Shown in pieces: positions 10,321 to 20,004 of a stretch of 64,000 nt of DNA (positions within the stretch are counted from its first letter, which is position 1; each line of letters opens with the position of its first letter). The stretch is from the IMG/VR virus record IMGVR_UViG_3300020045_006345, one strand, 5' to 3'. The notes beneath the pieces are model-generated. The model saw only the letters and a list, made by a program, of their open reading frames with translations, was not told the DNA's origin and did no database searches. The stretch comes from an uncultured virus (IMG/VR IMGVR_UViG_3300020045_006345). Lineage: Duplodnaviria; Heunggongvirae; Uroviricota; Caudoviricetes. The position numbers and the translations under genes were made by a program.

Positions 10321-10767
10321 TTATTGTAAGAGGCGGGTTTGATTCTTGATAGTCAAGTAGCCTGGATTATTCTCTGGCACCGCATTAACGTCCGGTAAGA
10401 TTATCCCACCCGGGGTTCTGCGCAGATAGCGTACTTTATCGTTTCTTTGCGCAGCGCCCACGGGTAAGCCGTGAGCCTCTAAAAGCATACCTCCGGCTCG
10501 TATCGCGCAAGTCATTCTGTCGAGATCAATGTCTTTTGGGTTAATAACGTACACGGTTTGTGTAGGGAGATCCATCAACCGAATAATCAAGCAGGGACGA
10601 TCCTGAATTTCGTTTCTACCTTCGATAGTTTTACTGAATTGTGCTGCCCATTTCCATCCTGGGTAGTGCCAATTCAAAATCCGTAGCGCTTCTTTCGCTA
10701 TGGTTTGCTGCTCGGGTGTCCATTCTTTGGGTATCTCTGAGGTTACCGCTTGTTCTTTTTTGACCAT
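10321..10767 (-). CDS. Hypothetical protein
   Basis: 148 aa; HYPGWKWA and RAGGMLLE motifs seen next to phage portals. Confidence 0.65.
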   Translation of the reverse strand: MVKKEQAVTSEIPKEWTPEQQTIAKEALRILNWHYPGWKWAAQFSKTIEGRNEIQDRPCLIIRLMDLPTQTVYVINPKDIDLDRMTCAIRAGGMLLEAHGLPVGAAQRNDKVRYLRRTPGGIILPDVNAVPENNPGYLTIKNQTRLLQ

Positions 10768-10778
10768 TTTATCTCCAG

Positions 10779-10994
10779 TTACGGGTTCGTGCTTATCAAG
10801 TCTGGATCAGGAGAATGTGGGTATGGTTTCTCGTAAATCCCATTTTCTTGGAAGTTAGACTTGAACTGTTTCCGACCGTTACCGAACTCATACGCCACGT
10901 AAGGCTCGTCCTGATTCCCCCCGGCTCTTTGGTAGAGCGTCATATAGTCTATCTCGACTGAAGTAACAGTGTTAAGGTTCATGTCAAACTCCAT
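10779..10994 (-). CDS. Hypothetical protein
   Basis: 71-aa ORF. Confidence 0.5.
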   Translation of the reverse strand: MEFDMNLNTVTSVEIDYMTLYQRAGGNQDEPYVAYEFGNGRKQFKSNFQENGIYEKPYPHSPDPDLISTNP

Positions 10995-11039
10995 TGGTGT
11001 TTGCGATTATATATCACACTTTAACATACGGGGCAAATG

Positions 11040-11255
11040 CTACGCGTTGAGTATCCTATCCACAGCTTCCTGGTTCAAACCTTTCTGCTCATTAATCATT
11101 GTTTTCCCATCGGTGGCGTATACTTTAACGGAATACGTTCCTGTCTTTGGGTCTTTGTTTAAAAAGAAACCAACACCATCTAACCGGATATATTCTGCGT
11201 AAAGTTTATACCCTCCACAACAAGACTCATTGAAGTGTATGTCCGCTATATTCAC
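11040..11255 (-). CDS. Hypothetical protein
   Basis: 71-aa ORF with GGAGG RBS. Confidence 0.55.
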   Translation of the reverse strand: MNIADIHFNESCCGGYKLYAEYIRLDGVGFFLNKDPKTGTYSVKVYATDGKTMINEQKGLNQEAVDRILNA

Positions 11256-11258
11256 TTG

Positions 11259-13037
11259 CTACCTCCCAATTCCGTAGTAAAAACCTGTTAACCCATCCGT
11301 TACTCTGCAAGCACCCGCAGCTTCTTTTTGTGCAATGTAGTCAAGAAACATGTCTAGTGTTGATCTAAACATCATGACCGTGTCCCCACTATTTCCTGTA
11401 CCATCTCCTGGATCTCCGAGAGTTTTTACCCCGTGCCAAAATGGAAATCCTGTAGCTCCATATTTAATAACCATGTCCGCCCACTTTTTAAGATTATCTA
11501 TGTGGGGGTGGGCGTGGGGCCACACCGTTGCTGAAACAGCGTTATATTCCCAAGCACCACCCCCTATATCGACAGAACCAACCCACCTAGCGTCGTCAAG
11601 TCCAAACGCCGTTACATGATTCATATCATGCGCCCCGTGGCGTTGAAGCACGATACCACAATCCTTAATAACGTTTCGCGATAGCATCGAGGTGCTAGAC
11701 TGTGGAGACGCATAAAATTCAGCACCCCTAACCCAGCCATACGTATCGAGCCACGCCCTTGCGGCCTCTATTTCGAATTTTATTTGGGCTGGGTTTGTGT
11801 ACGTACCTATCTGCTGATGGTTAACACTGTGGTTGATTATATCCCACCCCGCTTCATACAACGTATCGAGTGTGTTTCTTTGTGTAACCGTCAGGGTATT
11901 CCAGTCCGCTACATCTGCCCACCCACCGGTCTGCACCCTGAAGGTCTGCGCAACGTACCCAACCCACCCATACTGCTTAAATTTTGGAAGTACGTAAGTC
12001 AACACGTCTGTTCCAGACATATCCACGCCCAATACGAACTGCGGCATAGCCTCCCACTGAGTCCAAACAGAATCAAAATACAACGTCGCTCCGATTGGGC
12101 CTTGCATGTATATCGCTATTGATGTTAGGTTTTGGCTAACGAATTGGGATTGGTTGAAGTTACTGTATATCGATTCCGTTAACCCAAAAGGGTGTGGTTC
12201 GTTATCTGTGGTTGACGTTGCATCCGCAGTCCGTGCAAGCGCGATAAAATTCCAGCTATTAGGTTTAACTTGATTGCTATTGAAACTATAGTCTATGCCT
12301 GATGATGCTCCCGTTGTGCCAGGACTAACTGTAATGCTTGGGGTGGCTACACCTGTTGGGCACTCAACGTACACCCAAACACCCAACCTCCCATTCGTCG
12401 CTATCGACAAGCCAGATTTCCGTATTTGCACAGTATTCGCAGTCAAAAGCTCCAACTTGCGCAACCCTACTGCCCCAGTTCGAGAAGCAAAACCCGTTAC
12501 CGCACCTGTAGAGGGGTCTAATCCAGTATAGTCCTGCGTAGTGGCTACGTCTACCCCCTCCGTTCCGATGGTTAAGGTCCACCCATCGGCACTCGTAAAG
12601 CCTGTAACTTTTTTCCCCATTTTAGTCACCGGCCTAGTAATTCCGTTTGGCTGTCCACAGGGTAACAGTTTTGTAGCGCTAACATCCCGCTGCGCTCTAC
12701 GTAGGCTAAAACCATCACACACGTACCTTTCGCCCCTAATTCGTATCGTGCCCGGGCCTATCTGAGCTGGTTGTAGCGGTATGTCTGCCAGCGTGTTAAA
12801 TTCGGGTTCCGACACCAGTGTTAGGGTGGTACCATTAGAAAGCCACTTAGACCCATGATTCCCAAAACCTGTAATAATCACTTCACGCACACCTAGCGCT
12901 GCGGGTGGCGGAACTGCTGAGTGCGTAGGATACACGCTATCCGGGGGTGTGTTGCTTATTTCTGTGCCTAGTGTGTTCTGTGAAATCATACGCGTCTCGC
13001 TGCTGAGTGTGAGTGTGTGCTTGCGCTCAATAAGCAT
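11259..13037 (-). CDS. Polysaccharide deacetylase (NodB/CE4-like) domain protein with beta-rich N-terminus, possibly virion-associated; start may be ATG 12989
   Basis: LYEAGWDIINHSVNH metal-binding motif, FYASP, and FPFWH motifs. Confidence 0.7.
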   Translation of the reverse strand: MLIERKHTLTLSSETRMISQNTLGTEISNTPPDSVYPTHSAVPPPAALGVREVIITGFGNHGSKWLSNGTTLTLVSEPEFNTLADIPLQPAQIGPGTIRIRGERYVCDGFSLRRAQRDVSATKLLPCGQPNGITRPVTKMGKKVTGFTSADGWTLTIGTEGVDVATTQDYTGLDPSTGAVTGFASRTGAVGLRKLELLTANTVQIRKSGLSIATNGRLGVWVYVECPTGVATPSITVSPGTTGASSGIDYSFNSNQVKPNSWNFIALARTADATSTTDNEPHPFGLTESIYSNFNQSQFVSQNLTSIAIYMQGPIGATLYFDSVWTQWEAMPQFVLGVDMSGTDVLTYVLPKFKQYGWVGYVAQTFRVQTGGWADVADWNTLTVTQRNTLDTLYEAGWDIINHSVNHQQIGTYTNPAQIKFEIEAARAWLDTYGWVRGAEFYASPQSSTSMLSRNVIKDCGIVLQRHGAHDMNHVTAFGLDDARWVGSVDIGGGAWEYNAVSATVWPHAHPHIDNLKKWADMVIKYGATGFPFWHGVKTLGDPGDGTGNSGDTVMMFRSTLDMFLDYIAQKEAAGACRVTDGLTGFYYGIGR

Positions 13038-13108
13038 TTAAAAGTGCATTTTCAACAGCATACCACAATTTATCTGTGCAACACTACTATAGTAGGAGGT
13101 GCGCAGCA

Positions 13109-13720
13109 TCATTGGCACTTGCTATCGCCGCACTCTAAGCAGGTAGCGCAACCGTCCAGTATTACCACCGCTTTGGTGTTACACTTCGGACAAACGGTCG
13201 ATTTATCGATATTTTTGGCTTGTTCGCGCTTTTCGGCAATAAAAGCTTCCATGTGGGGATCTTTTTCGACTTTTAGGCGTCCAATGTGCTTCAAATGTTG
13301 CTCGACAACGAGTCCAATCTCAGCTACCAAAGATGGCATAAACACCCCGCCTTTCTTAAAATAACCGCCTTTTGGGTCAAAAATAGCCTTCAACTCATCC
13401 ACAAGAAAAACAATCTCACCCCCTTTACGAAAAACAGCGGACATTACGCGGGTTAGGGCTAAAACCCACTGAAAATCACCCATATTTTTAGAATTTATGA
13501 AGATTTCGTAGGGGTGGCGTGAACCATCATCGAGTGTCACATCGTTTATCGTCACGTATAGAGCGTGTTCTTGTACTGGGGTCTTAATTTTATATGTAGC
13601 TCCGATTAGTTGATCGGGTCTTTCTAATTTTTCGTGCATATTATTGTGTGGCGAGATAATCTCCGGTATCACATCGGTAGCTTTTACTCGGTAACCCGTT
13701 ATTTTCTTCTCGATCTTCAC
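13109..13720 (-). CDS. nrdJb: NrdJb-like (TSCPD domain) class II ribonucleotide reductase small subunit
   Basis: ATYKIKTP..EHALYVTIND, PYEIFINSKN, ALTRVMSAVFRKGG and C-terminal CPKC...DGCATCLECGDSKC. Confidence 0.88.
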   Translation of the reverse strand: MKIEKKITGYRVKATDVIPEIISPHNNMHEKLERPDQLIGATYKIKTPVQEHALYVTINDVTLDDGSRHPYEIFINSKNMGDFQWVLALTRVMSAVFRKGGEIVFLVDELKAIFDPKGGYFKKGGVFMPSLVAEIGLVVEQHLKHIGRLKVEKDPHMEAFIAEKREQAKNIDKSTVCPKCNTKAVVILDGCATCLECGDSKCQ

Positions 13721-13785
13721 TAATTTTCCCCAATTGGTTGTTTCGTTGGCGTTGCGGATACCAGCTGTAAGCTGGCCCGATGTAA

Positions 13786-13971
13786 TTACAGTTGTGACGG
13801 CGATACTTGTTCATCTGGGGAGATCTCTTTTAAGGTTCCTATGGTACCACAGCGTGGGCAAAATATGAGGTGCCTGAGTTCTCGTTTGAAATCTGCTATA
13901 GACCACCACTTATCGCACTCCACACAACGGAAATGGTGTATTGTTTCGATAGAGTATCGATGTGCTTTCAT
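13786..13971 (-). CDS. Small Zn-ribbon protein
   Basis: MKAHRYSIE...CVECDKWW...CPRCG; its ATG lies in the IS target duplication. Confidence 0.6.
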   Translation of the reverse strand: MKAHRYSIETIHHFRCVECDKWWSIADFKRELRHLIFCPRCGTIGTLKEISPDEQVSPSQL

Positions 13972-13976
13972 CTTTC

Positions 13977-15138
13977 GGCTATTCGGAAGATGATGTGTTT
14001 TTAACATTTCCATTTTCATCAATTGAAATTACCTCCAGTGTGGTTCCTGCTTTATAAAAAGCCTTATCAAGTTGTTTGCGACTTACTTTCTTTCTGCTAA
14101 TCGCAAGCCTAATTAACTTGCTTCTTTTGCGTAAAACTGGCGGCTTGGCTATTTGTGGCTCAACGAATATCATCTTTGCTCTAAGAGCCTCAAATGAGTA
14201 ACCACGACCATTTTTATTGGCAATTTTGATAATCCCATTTACACATTCTGTATATGCATTTGTTACGGGAACATCAAAGTAGTTAAATATCTCAGTATGC
14301 CAGTTTGCCATTGATGTTATTAAGCCGCCAAAGAACGGCCTTATTTCAGGCTCAATACCATCCCTCCACGAATTGTAAAGGTCTATTGCTTGCTGCTTAT
14401 TAGTGGCTGTATAGATGCTATAGAAAGCCTCTTTTGCTGTGTGTGCCTGCTTTAGTATGGGATAGTTATCAAGCATTGCATCAAGTTGAATCTCTTGATT
14501 TAAATCAAGCTTTTTTACATGTTTTAATGTTAAATATCTACCTTTGAATAGAAGCTTTTTACGACTACTCTTGATCTTTTTCTTTTGCTTTTCTGTTTTT
14601 CCTTCTAGTATCGTATCACCATCTTTCGGTGCTAGGGATTTTCTAACGTTGTTTAGAGAATTTGAAGCCAATCTGACTATATGAAACTTGTCGATAACTA
14701 TTTTTGCCTTGGGAAACATTAATTTCGCCACGTCCTTGTATGGTTCCCACATGTCTATTGCGACAACCTCCACCAGCTCCTTATTTGGCATTGGCGACAG
14801 ATATTTAAGCAAAAAGGTCTTTGTTACGATACTCAAATATTTCGATAAGTCGTCTATTCTCAATATCGGTAATAACACAGCGCATCTTGTGGCCTAAATG
14901 CGCCTCGTCAATTCCTAGCCAACGTGGTGCATATAGCTTGTAACCGCATTCTAGCCTAGCTATATAGTCACGAAAAATGTTTCGGACTGTCTTTTCATTT
15001 ATGCCATAAGAGCCAGAGTAGAAGATTGGACTCCTGCGCCCAAAGATAAAATACGCATAAACACACCATAATCCGATTTTACAAAGATGATGATTATTCG
15101 CTAAAATGATCTTGAAACACACTTAAATCCGAATAGCC
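13977..15138 (-). mobile_element. ISL3-family insertion sequence, internally deleted, 1162 bp
   Basis: Imperfect terminal IRs GGCTATTCGGAAGATGATGTGTTT (13977-14000) and GGCTATTCGGATTTAAGTGTGTTT (reverse complement of 15115-15138); 8-bp direct repeat CATCTTTC at 13969-13976 and 15139-15146; ISL3 transposase inside. Confidence 0.92.
13979..15010 (-). pseudogene. tnpA: ISL3 transposase pseudogene (N-terminus missing, frameshift near 14810)
   Basis: WLGIDE in one frame; VAIDMWEPY, IDKFHIV and TNAYTECVNGIIK...GRGYSFEALRAK in another. Confidence 0.9.
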
Positions 15139-16775
15139 CATCTTTCAAGCACCTTGTTACCGCAGTTATATATTCTCGTGTACCCATTCATTGCCATGTT
15201 CTCACCTTCTGTCAGTGTAGGGTCATAAATAGGAAGTTTAGCTTCAAGTTTGTGCTTTTGAAAAGCAAACCTTGAATACCGTACCCCTTTCTTGACGTAA
15301 TAGTACCCTGGTTTTGAGATAGACACCTCTTTAAAGCCTGCGGCTTTGTACCCGCTACCGTTAAACAACCTTAAATCACAGTACGTTCTCAACTCTGACC
15401 AGTTTTTAGTGAGTTTTGATAACCCACCAACGACTTGCGTGTTCAGAAGTGTGCAAAACCTTATCAACTCCGGTGTTTCGGAATTGAATAGCTGTTTTCT
15501 GACTCCGAACGAGGCCATCGCTACGATCTCTCCCTCGAAGGTTAGGGCTACATGGGTATCTGCGTTCACGTAACCCTGAATATGGTTAGCGCCGTAAAAT
15601 TCTCTGGCCTGATCCTTAGAAGCTACTGTTTTCATGGTTTTTCTAGCCGGTATTCTGCGTTCAAACTTCCCTAGGCGAGTTAAGATTATAGACTCTACTA
15701 TTGGTCTTTTAGTCTGCCACTCGTCTTCGTATATCTGGATTAGGTCAATGCCTCTGGCATTGCAAGCTTTCAGTTTATCCGAGTGGAAATGCTCGCCCAC
15801 GCTGTTCTCGTTGTGCCAATATAGCCCATTGGCTTCAATAGCCAAATTTTGCTTTGGTAGGTATATATCAAGCTCGGTATACGTTACTAAGTCATATCTT
15901 GGCTTGCGTATTTGATCTCCTTCAAGCTTTAAGCGGTAGTTGTTCTCGGGAGCATATGGTGCTAAGAAATCTTGGATCTCTTGTTCCCATTTAGACGTCC
16001 TGCCGTGTCCGCATTTTGGACAGCCGTGCCCTTGTAGAAGGTTGGTTGGTGTGCTTCCAAAAACACCGTGCTCCCTACACGTAACTTTCATGTGCTCCCG
16101 CATGTTTGATCTCACATACGAGCCTTCGTCATATTCGTACTTATCCCCGAAGATTAGTCTTACTTTTCTAAGAAATTCTGAAAACGGTAGTGTGTTATCT
16201 GCGCATACCTTACACCCTTTACCTTGTGAGTGGTTAGCAGCTTTTTGCCAAAAATCGCCATGTATCGGGCACGTTATGCGCGTCTGGGCTTCACTCTTAG
16301 TAAAGCTATCCTCATGGTAGGTGTACCTGCCGTTATGGGTCTCTGTAGCCTCCGCTACGAAATCCGAAAACTTTTTGCGTGTTCTACTACACTGGTAGCA
16401 CCGTGATCCGCGCATCAGTGAACCCGCAATTTTATAGAAATCCCCGTGAACTTTACATGTTACCCGCGTCTTGTGGTTCGCGCCCCTATAAGTTTCCTCA
16501 TGGTACTCATAATCATCTCCGTGTTTCTCCCTCGCCCTACCCACCATTTCTGCAAAGCTTATTTTTAATGGTCCTGTTCTTAGCGCAATAGCACACATCG
16601 GGCAACCTTGACCCCTGGCATGTCTTGTTGCTACCTGCGTAAAATCCCCGTGTATTTTACAACCTATCCTCGTAGGCTTTGACATCTCAACGTACTCTTC
16701 TGGGTAGTAGATGTACCTATCCCCGTGCCGTTCTTTAAATTTAGTGAGGCAGTCTGCGGCAGTAACTTTTTTCAT
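15123..16775 (-). CDS. Zn-ribbon repeat (DUF723-like) + PD-(D/E)XK/Vsr-like endonuclease + Mom/GNAT-like C-terminus (Hef-like homing endonuclease), copy 1
   Basis: Four CxxHG...GCxxC repeats; ELDIYLP..NLAIEANGLYWH; ELIRFC..VVGGLSKL..YCDLRLFNG. Confidence 0.78.
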   Translation of the reverse strand: MKKVTAADCLTKFKERHGDRYIYYPEEYVEMSKPTRIGCKIHGDFTQVATRHARGQGCPMCAIALRTGPLKISFAEMVGRAREKHGDDYEYHEETYRGANHKTRVTCKVHGDFYKIAGSLMRGSRCYQCSRTRKKFSDFVAEATETHNGRYTYHEDSFTKSEAQTRITCPIHGDFWQKAANHSQGKGCKVCADNTLPFSEFLRKVRLIFGDKYEYDEGSYVRSNMREHMKVTCREHGVFGSTPTNLLQGHGCPKCGHGRTSKWEQEIQDFLAPYAPENNYRLKLEGDQIRKPRYDLVTYTELDIYLPKQNLAIEANGLYWHNENSVGEHFHSDKLKACNARGIDLIQIYEDEWQTKRPIVESIILTRLGKFERRIPARKTMKTVASKDQAREFYGANHIQGYVNADTHVALTFEGEIVAMASFGVRKQLFNSETPELIRFCTLLNTQVVGGLSKLTKNWSELRTYCDLRLFNGSGYKAAGFKEVSISKPGYYYVKKGVRYSRFAFQKHKLEAKLPIYDPTLTEGENMAMNGYTRIYNCGNKVLERWAIRI

Positions 16776-16886
16776 GATCTTTTTCCTTAGCAAGAAAAAT
16801 TAGCGAAAGGTAGGGCGGCGGAGTCTTGCTAAAGGACTTTTCGGACTCGATTTCCTAGCCGCAAGCTAATCGTAGCAAGTGCTGCG

Positions 16887-18497
16887 TTAAAAGTCAAGAT
16901 CCGGTGGTGCATCCGCCCAGGCTCCGTAATCGTTACCATGCACTCCGCCAAGACCTCCACCAATAGCATCGAAGAATCCTGCGGCTTTGGCTTGGGCAAA
17001 CTGTAGAAATGCGTCTGCGCAGTTACTGGCCTTGTCGTGTCGTGGAGTATTTCTCCAGGTACCCGCTCTTGGGTTCCACTCTTTTCGGTAATTCTGTAAG
17101 TGTTTCAACCCTTGGGCACAGTTTTCCGCGTCGAATACGCATAGTGGTAGGATATTACGTGCTTGTTGAATCGCCATAACCTTATCCGGTGTCCGTGGGA
17201 TCAACCAAAACCGCCAATGGGGGGCCGCAGCACTCAACATCTCTTCGGGCGTAAGATTCCTATCTTGTCCTTGCCTTCGCTGGTTTGCGTCATGCGGCAA
17301 ATACACATATCCCAATACATATCCGAGTTTGTCCACCACATCAACGAAGTGGGCAAAAGGTTCACCGGAGGCTTCGTAATAGTTGATGACGGCGTAGTGG
17401 GTTCGTTTTGGTTGAATAAACCAGATTGCCGTTTCATCATTCGCTCCAATGTCCCAAAACAGTGATACTGGGTACTGCGGATCGTATGGGGCCATGCCGA
17501 TACGTCCTTCCTTCCTGATCCGCGTAAACTGTTCTTTAAAATACGCGCCTTCCATGGAGATTTTAAATGCTTCATTTGCTTCTGAGGGCTGCTCTGCCCA
17601 CATTTTTTCTTCGTCACCCATATAGGTGTAATCGCGGAATGCTACGTACCATGTGCGCTGTTCTTGGGTTATTTTAACTCCCAAGCGTACTTCCAGTTCA
17701 TCAAAGTAGGCTTGATCCTTTTGGGGGATCACTACCGAGCCTACCGGTGCCCTATAGTTCGGATTCTGGAACCATGCAAAGAAGAAGAACTTGAACTGCA
17801 ATTTCCATAATGGTTTTCCAGTCTCCATGGTGGCGATTGCCATCTGCACCATATCGTAGAAATCTCCTTCCTGGCCTTCGGCTGTGGACTCAACGAAAAT
17901 TAAACCATCTTCCGCTACCGCAGTAATAGACCCGGTTATGATCTCTTTCGATTTGCCTGGGTCTTTGGCTGCTATTTTACCGAATTCCGAGACGTGAAGC
18001 ATTGTCGGTGTAGTACCCCTCGCGTTTGTAGATACCTCGATTCGGGAGTGATTATTAAATTCGATGACTGTTTTTGTCGCTTGGCCCTCAATAGGGATTG
18101 CCGTTTTAAGTGGGTCTGGAAGTCCATCATAGGAGAATTTGAGTACGTCTCTGAAGATCGCTTCTGCGATACCCAAGTCCTGAGCGATAACGCGGCATGC
18201 TTCATTCGACGAAAACATTGCGGTATCCAGCATGAGTAACTGGATTGCGGTCGAGAATCCGAGTTTTCGGCATTTAAGAATGACATTTCGGGTATGAAGA
18301 TTGTCGTATAGGTACGTTTGCGCTGCATTTTCTTTAAATAAAACTACTTCTTTTTTGGCATTAATAATCCGATAGAGGTTGTTCAACCTCCATCGGATGT
18401 CACCCAAACCAGCCCGTGCTTCCTCTTCCGTAAAATCGAAGACCACAAGATCGGTCTTCTTAGGAGGGAACATTAGTTTCCGTTGTGGCTTTAGCAT
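16887..18497 (-). CDS. terL: Terminase large subunit
   Basis: ILKCRKLGFST Walker A, LHVSEFG Walker B, VESTAEG, WDIG..DETAIW, LPHDA, HDKASNCADA. Confidence 0.95.
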   Translation of the reverse strand: MLKPQRKLMFPPKKTDLVVFDFTEEEARAGLGDIRWRLNNLYRIINAKKEVVLFKENAAQTYLYDNLHTRNVILKCRKLGFSTAIQLLMLDTAMFSSNEACRVIAQDLGIAEAIFRDVLKFSYDGLPDPLKTAIPIEGQATKTVIEFNNHSRIEVSTNARGTTPTMLHVSEFGKIAAKDPGKSKEIITGSITAVAEDGLIFVESTAEGQEGDFYDMVQMAIATMETGKPLWKLQFKFFFFAWFQNPNYRAPVGSVVIPQKDQAYFDELEVRLGVKITQEQRTWYVAFRDYTYMGDEEKMWAEQPSEANEAFKISMEGAYFKEQFTRIRKEGRIGMAPYDPQYPVSLFWDIGANDETAIWFIQPKRTHYAVINYYEASGEPFAHFVDVVDKLGYVLGYVYLPHDANQRRQGQDRNLTPEEMLSAAAPHWRFWLIPRTPDKVMAIQQARNILPLCVFDAENCAQGLKHLQNYRKEWNPRAGTWRNTPRHDKASNCADAFLQFAQAKAAGFFDAIGGGLGGVHGNDYGAWADAPPDLDF

Positions 18498-18736
18498 ACT
18501 GCCGCTACGGTTGTCCAGGTAAATACGATAAGTAGGCCAGAGATTATCAGTCCTGTAATAGCCAATACCAGGTGTGTATTGCGCCTGTTTAACTTTTGTC
18601 GGAAATCAATATTGTCCTTTAGCAAGTCGAATTCAAATCTGGATGGTGTATCCTGGTCCTCCAGACCGAATCTTAATTTCAGGACATCGGTTACTCTCTG
18701 AATGTTTTGTGTGCTCGGATCAATAGCTAATGGCAT
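18491..18736 (-). CDS. Small protein with C-terminal transmembrane helix (lysis-associated?)
   Basis: Hydrophobic C-terminus; overlaps the endolysin stop. Confidence 0.5.
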   Translation of the reverse strand: MPLAIDPSTQNIQRVTDVLKLRFGLEDQDTPSRFEFDLLKDNIDFRQKLNRRNTHLVLAITGLIISGLLIVFTWTTVAAVC

Positions 18737-19241
18737 GTTGCATCCCCTCTTCTAAAATGGCTTTAATCTTGGCAGCGGCTTCCCCTTTGGTCACCTTGCC
18801 GTCCTTGTTGAAATCAAGGCCAGCGTTCTGTATATACCGTTTTGGGTGTTTCGCATCAGCCTTATCGAACAGTACGTACGTCTCAGGCTTGCCTACGGCG
18901 GCAGGCCACAGAATCGCCATGTACACATCAGATAGGGTTTTGAGTTTGCCCTTCTGCGGTCTGAAGTACGAGTACACGACGTCCAATTGGGTGACATCCG
19001 ACATCTTTGCAAGCTTTGCAGTTGTAGTACCCAAAGCCGCAGCGGTGCTAGGCATAAACTGAATCAACCCTTGGGCACCTGAGCCTGCGGCGTTAGTCAC
19101 GGATGGGCTAAAAGTACGCCCGGTCTCAAAGGCCATACACGCCATCAAGTAACTTGGATTGATGTTTAGCTTACCAGCGATTGCTATTACTTTACTTCTA
19201 AATTGTGGAGAGACCTTATCTCCCCAGGCTAACATTGGCAT
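18720..19241 (-). CDS. Endolysin, SLT-like lytic transglycosylase
   Basis: LMACMAFETG, SGAQGLIQFMP, DVYMAILWP and YIQNAGLD motifs. Confidence 0.9.
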   Translation of the reverse strand: MPMLAWGDKVSPQFRSKVIAIAGKLNINPSYLMACMAFETGRTFSPSVTNAAGSGAQGLIQFMPSTAAALGTTTAKLAKMSDVTQLDVVYSYFRPQKGKLKTLSDVYMAILWPAAVGKPETYVLFDKADAKHPKRYIQNAGLDFNKDGKVTKGEAAAKIKAILEEGMQHAISY

Positions 19242-19253
19242 ATTAATTTCTCT

Positions 19254-19763
19254 CTATATAAATTCAAGTTCGCTCTCCATCAGCTCAAACAGCATAGGGT
19301 CGCTCTGGATACCTATATAGTCGCGATTGTTTAGTATCGCGGCATCTAAGGTGGCAAACGTAGCGAACGGATCTAAAACAAGATCCCCTTCGTTAGAGTA
19401 CGTCCTAACAAGGTGTGTTTCATAGTCGTGGTCGGGTTTAACACCGTATTGGTAGTCCTGATAGTTAAACGTACCTTTCGGCGAGTCGGGTGTATTCCTG
19501 AAGATTGCTGAAGTCGTATGGTGGCTATCAAAGAATTTCAAAGTGTCCGCTACATAGCGGTACTTATACCAGTCTGGTTTTGTGTCTCGATGTCGGTCAT
19601 GGAGTTCAGCGTTGCCGTAGGTTACCACTACAGCTTTGGGTTTCAGTACCCGGTCAATTTCAGGCCACATCGTTGAGATGTCTCCTGCGGTTATGATAAG
19701 AGCCACAGAGCCAGAGGGTATGTTCAACAGTTCTGTTTTAGGGTTCCCTTGGGTTAAGCGCAT
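19254..19763 (-). CDS. Degenerate N6/N4 DNA methyltransferase-like protein (beta class)
   Basis: IPSGSVALIIT.. lacks DPPY; LVRTYSNEGDLVLDPFA lacks GSG; NRDYIGI is present. Confidence 0.6.
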   Translation of the reverse strand: MRLTQGNPKTELLNIPSGSVALIITAGDISTMWPEIDRVLKPKAVVVTYGNAELHDRHRDTKPDWYKYRYVADTLKFFDSHHTTSAIFRNTPDSPKGTFNYQDYQYGVKPDHDYETHLVRTYSNEGDLVLDPFATFATLDAAILNNRDYIGIQSDPMLFELMESELEFI

Positions 19764-19766
19764 GGC

Positions 19767-19982
19767 TTATCTCCCAGTATGGCACAGTCGTACGATATTC
19801 TCTTCCATGTGCCGATTACGGGCTGCAATAAGATTCGCTGTAAGTTCACGGGTGTTGACATCCCATGCGGATCTAAAATCGCCTATAGCTTTGTCAACTT
19901 CAGCGGTAGTCATGCCTTGGAAATCCACTCGCGTACCCACCGTAACGGTGATCGGGCGTAGCTCAAGTTTAGATGTGTGCAT
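19767..19982 (-). CDS. Hypothetical protein
   Basis: 71-aa ORF with ACTGGAGA RBS. Confidence 0.6.
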   Translation of the reverse strand: MHTSKLELRPITVTVGTRVDFQGMTTAEVDKAIGDFRSAWDVNTRELTANLIAARNRHMEENIVRLCHTGR

Positions 19983-20004
19983 TGCGTTCTCCAGTTTGGT
20001 TTGT

